Shown piece by piece: positions 47,677-56,960 of a stretch of DNA of 64,000 nucleotides. Numbering within the stretch: the stretch's first letter is position 1; the number at the start of each line of letters is the position of its first letter. Position numbers and translations under genes: made by a program. A model generated the notes under the pieces. That model saw nothing but the letters and a program-made list of their open reading frames with translations, was not told the origin of the DNA and did no database searches. The stretch is from a virus (lineage: Duplodnaviria; Caudoviricetes), in the IMG/VR virus record IMGVR_UViG_3300032285_001531. One strand, given 5' to 3'.

Positions 47677-50145
47677 ATGGATTTTAGAGACATACTTGGT
47701 CAATTACATGGCATCATTGATGAAGGTAAGATGGCTGACATCAAAGGTAAAAAGCACACTGGTAAATATGGTACATACCATGATACTGATGAAGAAGGCG
47801 AAGAAAAGAAACGTGGCGGTCAAGAAAGTGATGCTACTAAAGATTCTAAGAAATGGCAGGGTGCTGCTGATGCTGCTAAATTAATTAGTGGTGGCAAAAA
47901 AGCTAGTTTAAAAGACTGGGTTGAATCTGCTGAAGAATCAATTATGGAACGTGCTAAGAACAAGTATGCAATTGGCATGGCTGCTGCTGAAAAAATGACT
48001 GGCGATAAACCACCATTAAAGAAAAGCACAATCGTTAAAGCACATGAGATTGCTAAAGGTATTAAAGAAGAAGATGTGACAGAAGCTCGTAAGGGCGATA
48101 CTAACTTTGGTCATACTGTTACAAAAGGCTCATGGGTAGTGCATGATGGTAGCAAAGTAAAACGCTTTAAATCTCGTGACAGTGCTAAAGCATATGCTGA
48201 AAAGAATGGCGGAAAAGTAGCAAGCAGTGAATTCTATGCTGACAATATTCAAAAGCAAGGTGTAGATGAAGATATGAGTCGTGCTGCCAAAGGTAACGAA
48301 AAGTACGGTAAAGACGGCATGAAAGCACTAGCTAAAGCAGGTCGTGAAGGTGCTAGTGAAAAGAAACTAGATACTATTCGTGACAAGTATGATAATTATG
48401 ATGAAGATTTATCAGAAGAATTAAAAGGCGGACAGAAAAAGATTGACAAAAATAAAAATGGCAAATTAGATGCACAGGATTTTAAAATGTTAAGAAAAGA
48501 AAAAATTAAAGAAGGCATCAATTTTCAAGAAATGATGACTGAGAAGCAACGTAAAGTTGATGAGATGTTAGAAGAACTGCAGCAAGAAATCGCTGAGTTC
48601 AAGACAACAGGTCACATGGGTGATAAACTACGTGATGCACTAGACATTCATGCTTATAGCAAAGATGAAACACTAATCGGCGAAGAAGATGACGCAATCG
48701 GTGATGAAATTAGACACGGACAAGATGTACAACGTGATAAAGATATGGCTCGTTCAGATGCAAGACACATGCAAGATATCAGTGATTTGCATGACCAATC
48801 AACTTCTGATCTATGGCGCATGAAAGATTTAGCTAGAGATAAATCTATGTCAAGTCCATCACAAAGACCAAATGGACAAACTTTTCCATTAAAATCTGAA
48901 CTAGATGAAAATCCATTTAGCTATGCTGCTAAGCAAGCTAAAGCTCATCATGAAGATACATTCAGTTTAGGTGGAAAAACTTTTCCAGTTAAAGAATCAG
49001 ACGAGCCAAGATTAAAGACAACCAAAACTGATTCAGGAAGCGAAACAACATCAAGTACTGGTCGTCTTAAGGCAACATTTGAGCCAGGTAAAGAAACTAA
49101 AGTTGAGCCAATAAAAGAAGCTGGTGCATCAGGGTACACTGACGAAGAAATGAAGGCAATGGATCGTGCAACAGCTAAGGCGCAAGAAGCCAATCGCCGT
49201 GAAACTGAAAGACAATATAATAATGTTTGGACAGACTATGATCATCCAGCAAGTCCTGATGAAGGTCCAACTGGCAAAGCTCCTAAAGCAAAACCAGCTA
49301 CCTCAACTTCAACTAAATCAGGCATCAAAGAATCAATGATATATGATGTATGGAATCATCAACTAGAAAAGATGATTAATGAAAGTATGATTAATGAAAG
49401 TATAACAGTATCAACAACACAAAGCGATCAAGGAGATGATAGCGTGAGTGTAACTGCATCAGGTCACGATGCAGCAGATATTTTAGCGTTGTTAAGAAAC
49501 GCAGGATTAGGCGGCATGGGTCCAACTGAACATCAAGAAGAACCTGAACAACAATTTTCAAATTATGGAGTACCTATCTCAGCAGAACATCATGATGCAG
49601 GTATAGCAAATCATGGTAAACCACCAGTAGAAGTAATTTCTGCAGGTGATGAGATAGGCGAATTAATGCAAGCATTATCTAGCATTGCTAGTGAAGAAGG
49701 TTCCGATTATGCTGACGAAGTAGAAGAAGGAAATGCTTTTACTGGTGCACTACATGATACACCAAAAGGCGGTGAATTTGAGATAGACGGGAACAAATAT
49801 ACTGACAATAGTTCACTTGAAGAAGAAATGTGTCAAGAATGCGGTGTATATGAATCAGGATGTGGCTGTGATAAAAGTCATGAAATGGTTGATGAAGAAT
49901 CCGTTGAAGAAAACTTAGAAAGCGCACGTCCAGTAGAAGAAGAAATAGCAAACGGTATAGATAACCAAACTACACAAGATATTGACTTTATGACTAGAGT
50001 TATTTCTGGTGGATTGAACAAAGAAAAAGTTCAACATAAAGACGGTTATCAGTTTGCGGACAATCCTTTAGCAATGAAAGAGTCAAAAGTATACTCAGCT
50101 AATGACTTGTTACATGACTACAGAAAATTAAGTGGTCTAGAATAA
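47677..50145 (+). CDS. Large acidic modular head protein, probable protease-processed polyprotein
   Basis: About 20 [ILVM]-X-E sites separate short modules; ends YRKLSGLE. Confidence 0.55.
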   Translation: MDFRDILGQLHGIIDEGKMADIKGKKHTGKYGTYHDTDEEGEEKKRGGQESDATKDSKKWQGAADAAKLISGGKKASLKDWVESAEESIMERAKNKYAIGMAAAEKMTGDKPPLKKSTIVKAHEIAKGIKEEDVTEARKGDTNFGHTVTKGSWVVHDGSKVKRFKSRDSAKAYAEKNGGKVASSEFYADNIQKQGVDEDMSRAAKGNEKYGKDGMKALAKAGREGASEKKLDTIRDKYDNYDEDLSEELKGGQKKIDKNKNGKLDAQDFKMLRKEKIKEGINFQEMMTEKQRKVDEMLEELQQEIAEFKTTGHMGDKLRDALDIHAYSKDETLIGEEDDAIGDEIRHGQDVQRDKDMARSDARHMQDISDLHDQSTSDLWRMKDLARDKSMSSPSQRPNGQTFPLKSELDENPFSYAAKQAKAHHEDTFSLGGKTFPVKESDEPRLKTTKTDSGSETTSSTGRLKATFEPGKETKVEPIKEAGASGYTDEEMKAMDRATAKAQEANRRETERQYNNVWTDYDHPASPDEGPTGKAPKAKPATSTSTKSGIKESMIYDVWNHQLEKMINESMINESITVSTTQSDQGDDSVSVTASGHDAADILALLRNAGLGGMGPTEHQEEPEQQFSNYGVPISAEHHDAGIANHGKPPVEVISAGDEIGELMQALSSIASEEGSDYADEVEEGNAFTGALHDTPKGGEFEIDGNKYTDNSSLEEEMCQECGVYESGCGCDKSHEMVDEESVEENLESARPVEEEIANGIDNQTTQDIDFMTRVISGGLNKEKVQHKDGYQFADNPLAMKESKVYSANDLLHDYRKLSGLE

Positions 50146-50160
50146 GACCAAAACTTAGGA

Positions 50161-50190
50161 AAATAGCTCGGTTCGCCGGGCTATTTTTTT
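50161..50190 (+). terminator. Intrinsic terminator
   Basis: AAATAGCTCGG-TTCG-CCGGGCTATTT followed by a T-tract. Confidence 0.9.
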
Positions 50191-50247
50191 GGGTACTGTG
50201 TTCTAAAATTACTGATAAATAGTATATAACTTATAAGGTTTGATTTT

Positions 50248-53200
50248 ATGGCTCAAGAGAATATTGATTTTGGTGCTTACCCCAACGATCCAGATGCAGA
50301 TGCAATTAGAGTAGCGTTCCAAAAAGTACAGAATAATTTTAGCGAAATATATTCAACTGCACTGACTACAGGTGTTGATCAGGTAATTGCAGGGACAGGT
50401 ATATTAGTAGACCAAAACATTGGAAATGTAACGGTCACCGCACGTATCCCACAAATTACTATACAAACAGGTGACAGTTTAAAAATTGGTGTCAGCGCAG
50501 CCACCACAAATACTGCTACAATTACATCAGGAAGCACTCCATTTGTAATTACACTAGCAAACACAATTAACACAATAAACATTGTTGCTACAGGCAATTT
50601 AGTTGGTACCTTAGCAGCAAATGCAAGTTCACAGCCAAACATAACTTCAGTAGGAACATTAGCTAATCTAAGTGTATCTGGAAATATCAATGCTCAAAAC
50701 CTAATAGGAAATGTAGTAGCAACAAATTTATCTGCTACAAATATTGGTATAGCAGGGGCCAATACACAATTATTATATAACTATCAAGGCAATATAAGAT
50801 CCGCTAGTGGATTAACTTTTGATAATGCAAATCTAACTGTTGCAAATAGAGTACAAGCTGGTAACTTAAGTGTTACTGGTAATTCTAATGTTAACATAGT
50901 ACGTGCTAATTATCTATATGGTGACGGTAGTAATTTAACTAATGTTAACATTGCAACTGCTGGTACATTAAGTGTACCTAATTTAATAGCTAGTGGTAAT
51001 CTAGTAGGTACATTAGCAGCTAATGCAAGTTCACAACCAAACATCACAACTGTTGGTGTACTATCAAGTTTAAGTGTAACAGGTACATCTAATTTAGCTA
51101 ACGTCAATGCAGGTAATATAAGTGCAACTGGTAATGCTAATGTAGGTATATTACGTGCAACTTATCTTTATGGTGATGGTAGTAATTTAACTAATTTAAG
51201 TACACCTACATCATTCAGTGCAGGTAATGTAAGCGTAAGTGGTAATATAACTGGTCGTTTATCTGCTGCTTCTGCATTACAACCAAACATCACAACTGTT
51301 GGTACATTATCTAATTTATCAGTTGCAGGCACCGTAGTAGTACCAAATGTATCTGCTACGTATATATCAGCATCAGGCAACATTTCAGCACCTGGTACTA
51401 ACACTCAAGTAGTATTCAATAATCAAGGTAACTTAGCCGGCAGTACAAATCTTGTATTTACAGGTTCAAATTTAAATGTTGCTGCAAATTTAAATGCAAC
51501 AGGAAATATAAGTGGTAATAATGCAACATTAGCAGGTAGATTAAATGCAACAGGAAACATAAGTGCTGCAGGAAATATTAGTACAGCAAGTAACTTAAAT
51601 GTATCAGGGAATGCAGCTATAACAGGTACTGCAACTATATCAGGTAATGCAGTTGTAACAGGTAAAGTAACAGCAGGCACAATATCTTCAATAGGTAACA
51701 TTGACTCAGGTGGTAACTTGAATGCTAACAGTGTTACACTATCAGGTGAAGCCAATGCTAATATAGTACGTGCTGTATATCTATACGGTGATGGTAGTAA
51801 CATCAGTAACGTTGGCACAGTTGTTCCTCGTAACGAAATTACTAGAGGTGCTGGGTATGTATCATTAGACATCAACGGTTATATTCATGGCGGTGATAGC
51901 GTTAACGGTGATCAATTTATAGTCAAAGCTGGTAATGGATTACAAGCTCTTAATAAATTCTCTATTACAGATGGAACTGCAAATTATTTCTCATCAAATA
52001 CAACTGATGCTAGTTTTGATTTAGGGCAAAATTTTGAAGGTTCAACCTTCACGGTTGAATGTCAGGACAATGTAGGAGCACAATTACAAATATCTGCTCC
52101 TGCAGGTGGAGTAGGAAATAGTCAAGCATGGTTAGGTGCTAATACAGTAATTATAGCTGGTACTGGCACTGCTAACGCTAAACTAAGCTCAATTAATTTA
52201 ACAGGTAGTACAATCTCTGTTGTTGGTAATTTAGTAATGAATAGCAGTCCAGCAAGTTCAACTAATAATACACAAGTTGCTACTACTGCGTTTGTACAAA
52301 CATTAGTGGGTACTAAAGCTAACTTAGCTAGTCCTATATTCAGTGGAACTCCAACTGCACCAACTGCAGCCAATGGAACAAATAACACACAAATCGCTAC
52401 CACACAATTCGTAGCAAATGCTATAGCAGCAGGCGCTGGTGCTGGTGGCGGAACATTTATAGCAAACGGTAATAGCAACGTAAGTACAAGTAGTAACGGC
52501 AACATTAAAATATCATTGGGTGACGGTAATAATAGCAACTCAACCTTTGCTATTAGTTTAAACGATGGTACCGGTGTAAATCAAATTAGGATTAACAGCG
52601 GTAACGGTAATGCTGGAAATATGAATTCAAATATTACAACTATTGCTACAAATTATAGTATGCAGATAGTTGGAGGTGGATATGCAAATGGTAGTTCACT
52701 ACTCATGCGTCCTGATCAATTTACTGTTACTCATTTGCAGCAAATTCGTATGTCTGCACCTACTACTAATATGTTTTCGCCGCTTACATACATTTCTGGT
52801 AATTTAGTTATTACTTCTGGATCTCCTGGAATTACCCTACAAGCAGACGCTGCCGTAGCTAATTTAACAGGTGCAAACAGTAAGATTTTCTTAAGTGGTG
52901 CTATACCAGCTAATGCATCAAACACAATGGTACCAACTACTGCATGGGTAACAGGCTATACACAAACAGCTATTGCAGGGGCAATATCAAATGCAGTAAC
53001 ATCAAACAATTTTGTATTAACAAAAATAGGTCCTGCTAGTGGTACAAATACAGGTTCTATTGTTAATAATGACACATTAGCAACCACTCTAAACTATGCT
53101 AATATGTATTTCCCTGTAGTATTAGGTACACAAGACTTTACTTTTGAAGGTTGGTTTAAGTATACATCAATTGGTGCAACTAATGGAACACTATTTGGCT

Positions 53201-56200
53201 TAGGCGGTGGCGCCGGTGAGATAATAGTTAAAATAGTAGGTACTACTCTTAATCTTGTTATATTCAGTGCTACTGCTTCTCTTGGGACAGCACCAGCGAC
53301 AAACACTTGGTTTCACGTTGCCGTGTCAAAAAATGCAGGTACTATTAGAGTATTTGCTAACGGCATAGCTGTTTATACTAGTGCTAGTTACAGTGCAACT
53401 TCTCTTGGTAGTGATATGGTATTGGGGCAACAGCTATATACCGCTGGTACATACTTTAATGGATTAATTACTAATGTACGTTTTGTTGCTGGCACAGGCG
53501 TATACTCAAGCAACTTCACACCACCTACTAGTGCATTAACTGCTATATCTGGTACTACACTATTATTGTTAACACAAAATCTAGCAACTGTTAACTTTGA
53601 TAATAGCGGAAACTATAGATTTAATAATATGTTCCAAAGTAACTTTGGATATAATACTGATTCACCTATTACAACTCAAACAAATACACTTACTGTAACA
53701 TCTCCAATAACATTACCAGCAAGTTATACAATGCGTCTACCTGGTAATTTAGGTAGCAATGGTCAAGTATTAAGCACAGATGGTACAGGTAACTTAAATT
53801 GGATTACCGCAAGTGGCGGTAGTGGTGGAACTGGTAATTTAATTACTAGCGGAGGAATCGCTACTGTAGCTACAAGTTCAGTAAGCGGTGTAGGATTTGT
53901 TAAGACTACAATTAGTAATGCTGACATTATAACTACCACTGCAGTATCTACTGTATTCAACAATGGTAACGTGGGCATAGGTGTACCGGGTAATCCTACA
54001 GCAAGATTAGACATAGCCGGAATACAAGGTTCATTAACTGAAGCTAGAATTAGATCACTTGATGATAGAATGGCTAGAGTGTCATTAGTCAATACAGTAC
54101 GCAACTGGTCAATATCTAATTATGGAAATCAATTTGCTCCTAATGGTCAATTCGCAATTGCAGATGAAACACAAGGTGCAGTAAGATTTGCAATTGATGT
54201 ATTAGGTAATGTAACTGTTACTAGTAATTTAATAGTATCTGGTATAACATCATTGGGTGCTAACAGTAATGTTAAAATTACAGGTGGTACAACTGGTCAA
54301 GTATTAAGTACAGATGGCACAGGCAATCTGAGTTGGATAACTGCAACAGGCGGTGGCGGTGCAACTACAACAATTAGTAATGCAAATAGTATTGTTAGTA
54401 CATTTGCATATGGTCAAGTATCTGTATCTACAGGTGCATTACAAACAATATTCAGTAATGCAGGAGTTGGTATTGGAACTAATTCACCTACTAGTGTTAC
54501 TGGAGCAACAAGTGTTACTATCAATGGCGGTGCAAACGGTGGTAGAGTTGATTTATTAAAGAGCGGAACTCAGTTTGGTGCAATATACAGTGCTGCAGCT
54601 AATTTATTAGATATTGAAGCAATTGGTACAAATACAGCAATTCGTCTAAACACAAACGGTGCTGAACGTATGCGTATTGATCCTAACGGTAACGTTGGTA
54701 TTGGCACTACTACTCCTTCTTATAAATTAGACATAACTGCTGGTACATTAGGAACAACTGCTGGAAGTACAGTTTCATATCAACGCTTAGTTTCATTTGA
54801 TACAAATGCCGATTATCTTGAAATAACAAATACTAGGCAAACTGCTGGATCGTCTTGGGTTGGGGCTGGATCAAGACTGCAACAAAAAGTAGATGCTACA
54901 TGGATGGCGTATATACAATTTAATGGTGGAGCAGGTACAACAAATGATGGTGGTATTTCTTTTGGAACTGGAACTACCACAGTAAATTCCACATCAATAT
55001 TGGAACGTATGCGTATTGATGCATCTGGCAATGTGGGTATCGGAACAACTACTCCGGCAGCAAAATTAGATGTCAATGGCACAGTAAATATTAGTGGTAA
55101 TACTGCTATAGCAGGCAATGCAACTATCACCGGTAATACTACTATAACAGGTAATGTAACTCACTCTAGTATATCAAAATTGGGTCCTGTAGGTAATGTT
55201 CAAATCACAGGTGGTTCATCTGGTCAAGTATTAAGTACAGATGGCACAGGTAATCTAAGTTGGGTAGCACAATCAGGTGGCGGTGGAGGATCTTCATCAT
55301 ATAATGGATTTAAGAATCGCCTCATCAACGGTGCATTTAATGTTTGGCAACGTGGTACAAGCTTTAATATTAGTACAAACGGAGGATATACTGCTGATAG
55401 ATGGTTCCTATTTAATCCTATTCCTATGACATTTAGTCAGTCAACTGATGTGCCTCAAGGATTTGTATATAGTGCTAAAGCAGGTAGAGCAGCAGGTCAA
55501 GCATCTGGTAATTATTTATATATAGGACAAAATATTGAATATGCCAGTTTTTCGGATTTAGTAGGACAACCTATTACGGTTAGCTTCTGGGCAAAGAAAG
55601 GTGCAAACTTTAGCGGTACATCATTGAATAGTGAGATTTATACTGGTACGTCACTGGATCAAGGTGGTAATGCCGGTATACAAGGGCTTTGGGTTGGTTC
55701 AGTTTCTAATTCGGTTAATATAGCAATTACAAATACATGGGCAAAGTATAGTTACACTTATACATTACCAGCAAACGCTAAATCACTTGTATTAGATTTT
55801 GGATATACATGCTCAGGTACTGCAGGTGCAGATGATAATTTCTATATTACAGGAATACAATTTGAAGCAGGTAGTACAGCAACTTCTTATGATGCTATAT
55901 CACCTTCAGAGGCGTTATCACGCTGTCAGAGATTCTATTGCAAGAATAGTAATACTGATGTTGTAGCTACTCATGGCAGTCCATATACAACTACTGGAAT
56001 GTTTAGTTCAGGAACGATAGGAGCGTATGGTGCTAATGCAGGTTACATTCAGTGGATACCTTTCCCAGTGTCAATGTTTAGAGCACCAAATTTTGGTGGC
56101 GATATTAAATTTATCAATCCTGGTAGTTTAACATCAGGTGCTATCACAGTAGGGCAGTGGATGGTGTATAACGCAGGAACTTGGGCAAGTTCAACTACTT

Positions 56201-56310
56201 TAGCAGTCCAGTCTGTTACTACAAATGGCATGGGATTAAATATAGGTGGAACATTCCCTGCAGGAACATCACTATGGTACGGGGCATGGACTGTATCTGC
56301 AGACTTATAA
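50248..56310 (+). CDS. Long tail fibre/baseplate-attached fibre (2020 aa)
   Basis: N-terminus DPDADAIRVAFQKVQNNFSEIY is T4 gp9/gp10-like. It has QVATTAFVQ and NVGIGTTTP repeats, a LamG-like insert (DFTFEGWF...WFHVAVSK...FNGLITNVRF) and a FKNRLINGAFNVWQRG CBM-like domain. Confidence 0.85.
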   Translation: MAQENIDFGAYPNDPDADAIRVAFQKVQNNFSEIYSTALTTGVDQVIAGTGILVDQNIGNVTVTARIPQITIQTGDSLKIGVSAATTNTATITSGSTPFVITLANTINTINIVATGNLVGTLAANASSQPNITSVGTLANLSVSGNINAQNLIGNVVATNLSATNIGIAGANTQLLYNYQGNIRSASGLTFDNANLTVANRVQAGNLSVTGNSNVNIVRANYLYGDGSNLTNVNIATAGTLSVPNLIASGNLVGTLAANASSQPNITTVGVLSSLSVTGTSNLANVNAGNISATGNANVGILRATYLYGDGSNLTNLSTPTSFSAGNVSVSGNITGRLSAASALQPNITTVGTLSNLSVAGTVVVPNVSATYISASGNISAPGTNTQVVFNNQGNLAGSTNLVFTGSNLNVAANLNATGNISGNNATLAGRLNATGNISAAGNISTASNLNVSGNAAITGTATISGNAVVTGKVTAGTISSIGNIDSGGNLNANSVTLSGEANANIVRAVYLYGDGSNISNVGTVVPRNEITRGAGYVSLDINGYIHGGDSVNGDQFIVKAGNGLQALNKFSITDGTANYFSSNTTDASFDLGQNFEGSTFTVECQDNVGAQLQISAPAGGVGNSQAWLGANTVIIAGTGTANAKLSSINLTGSTISVVGNLVMNSSPASSTNNTQVATTAFVQTLVGTKANLASPIFSGTPTAPTAANGTNNTQIATTQFVANAIAAGAGAGGGTFIANGNSNVSTSSNGNIKISLGDGNNSNSTFAISLNDGTGVNQIRINSGNGNAGNMNSNITTIATNYSMQIVGGGYANGSSLLMRPDQFTVTHLQQIRMSAPTTNMFSPLTYISGNLVITSGSPGITLQADAAVANLTGANSKIFLSGAIPANASNTMVPTTAWVTGYTQTAIAGAISNAVTSNNFVLTKIGPASGTNTGSIVNNDTLATTLNYANMYFPVVLGTQDFTFEGWFKYTSIGATNGTLFGLGGGAGEIIVKIVGTTLNLVIFSATASLGTAPATNTWFHVAVSKNAGTIRVFANGIAVYTSASYSATSLGSDMVLGQQLYTAGTYFNGLITNVRFVAGTGVYSSNFTPPTSALTAISGTTLLLLTQNLATVNFDNSGNYRFNNMFQSNFGYNTDSPITTQTNTLTVTSPITLPASYTMRLPGNLGSNGQVLSTDGTGNLNWITASGGSGGTGNLITSGGIATVATSSVSGVGFVKTTISNADIITTTAVSTVFNNGNVGIGVPGNPTARLDIAGIQGSLTEARIRSLDDRMARVSLVNTVRNWSISNYGNQFAPNGQFAIADETQGAVRFAIDVLGNVTVTSNLIVSGITSLGANSNVKITGGTTGQVLSTDGTGNLSWITATGGGGATTTISNANSIVSTFAYGQVSVSTGALQTIFSNAGVGIGTNSPTSVTGATSVTINGGANGGRVDLLKSGTQFGAIYSAAANLLDIEAIGTNTAIRLNTNGAERMRIDPNGNVGIGTTTPSYKLDITAGTLGTTAGSTVSYQRLVSFDTNADYLEITNTRQTAGSSWVGAGSRLQQKVDATWMAYIQFNGGAGTTNDGGISFGTGTTTVNSTSILERMRIDASGNVGIGTTTPAAKLDVNGTVNISGNTAIAGNATITGNTTITGNVTHSSISKLGPVGNVQITGGSSGQVLSTDGTGNLSWVAQSGGGGGSSSYNGFKNRLINGAFNVWQRGTSFNISTNGGYTADRWFLFNPIPMTFSQSTDVPQGFVYSAKAGRAAGQASGNYLYIGQNIEYASFSDLVGQPITVSFWAKKGANFSGTSLNSEIYTGTSLDQGGNAGIQGLWVGSVSNSVNIAITNTWAKYSYTYTLPANAKSLVLDFGYTCSGTAGADDNFYITGIQFEAGSTATSYDAISPSEALSRCQRFYCKNSNTDVVATHGSPYTTTGMFSSGTIGAYGANAGYIQWIPFPVSMFRAPNFGGDIKFINPGSLTSGAITVGQWMVYNAGTWASSTTLAVQSVTTNGMGLNIGGTFPAGTSLWYGAWTVSADL

Positions 56311-56329
56311 AAATTTTAAAAGGAAAGAA

Positions 56330-56947
56330 ATGATTACATTAGAATTATTGCAAAAATTATGTCCAAAGACAAAACCAGCAGTACTTAAAAAGTATGCTGA
56401 ATCACTACATGAAACAGCACAATATTATGACATGTATGTCAATCCAAAACGTGCTGCAGCATTTGTGGCTCAAGTAGCACATGAATCAGGTGGATTTAAC
56501 TTTGTGAAAGAGAATTTAAACTACAGCGCAAAAGGTTTAAGAACAACATTTAAGAAGTATTTTGCTGATGATTCAACTGCACAAAAATATGAACGTAAAC
56601 CAGAAATGATTGCTAATCGTGTTTATGCTAATCGTATGGGCAATGGTGATGAAGCAAGCGGAGACGGATACAAATATTGTGGTCGTGGTTTAATTCAATT
56701 GACTGGTAAACAAAACTATACTAAGTTTGCAGCAGACTTAGGTATCAGTGTAGATGAAACAGTTGCATATTTAGAAACACCAGAAGGTGCTGTTAGTTCA
56801 GCAGGTTGGTTCTGGGACAACAATAATTTAAATTCATATTGCGACAAAGATGATTTTGTAGGTTTAACTAAACGTATCAATGGTGGTACTATTGGATTAG
56901 AAGATCGTCAGCATCACTATGAATTAGCACTTACATTACTTAAGTAA
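56330..56947 (+). CDS. GH19 chitinase/lysozyme-like endolysin
   Basis: FVAQVAHESGGF, ENLNYS, GDGYKYCGRGLIQLTGKQNY, TKRINGG; true start is ATG 56330 after AAGGA. Confidence 0.9.
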   Translation: MITLELLQKLCPKTKPAVLKKYAESLHETAQYYDMYVNPKRAAAFVAQVAHESGGFNFVKENLNYSAKGLRTTFKKYFADDSTAQKYERKPEMIANRVYANRMGNGDEASGDGYKYCGRGLIQLTGKQNYTKFAADLGISVDETVAYLETPEGAVSSAGWFWDNNNLNSYCDKDDFVGLTKRINGGTIGLEDRQHHYELALTLLK

Positions 56948-56960
56948 TTAGGAAACATTA

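Noticed and set aside
56246-56329. N-terminal extension of the GH19 lysin in the ORF track
   Set aside because: It overlaps the fibre gene; the SD-preceded ATG at 56330 is the better start. The same applies to track starts 19140, 17750, 17239, 15284 and 10022.
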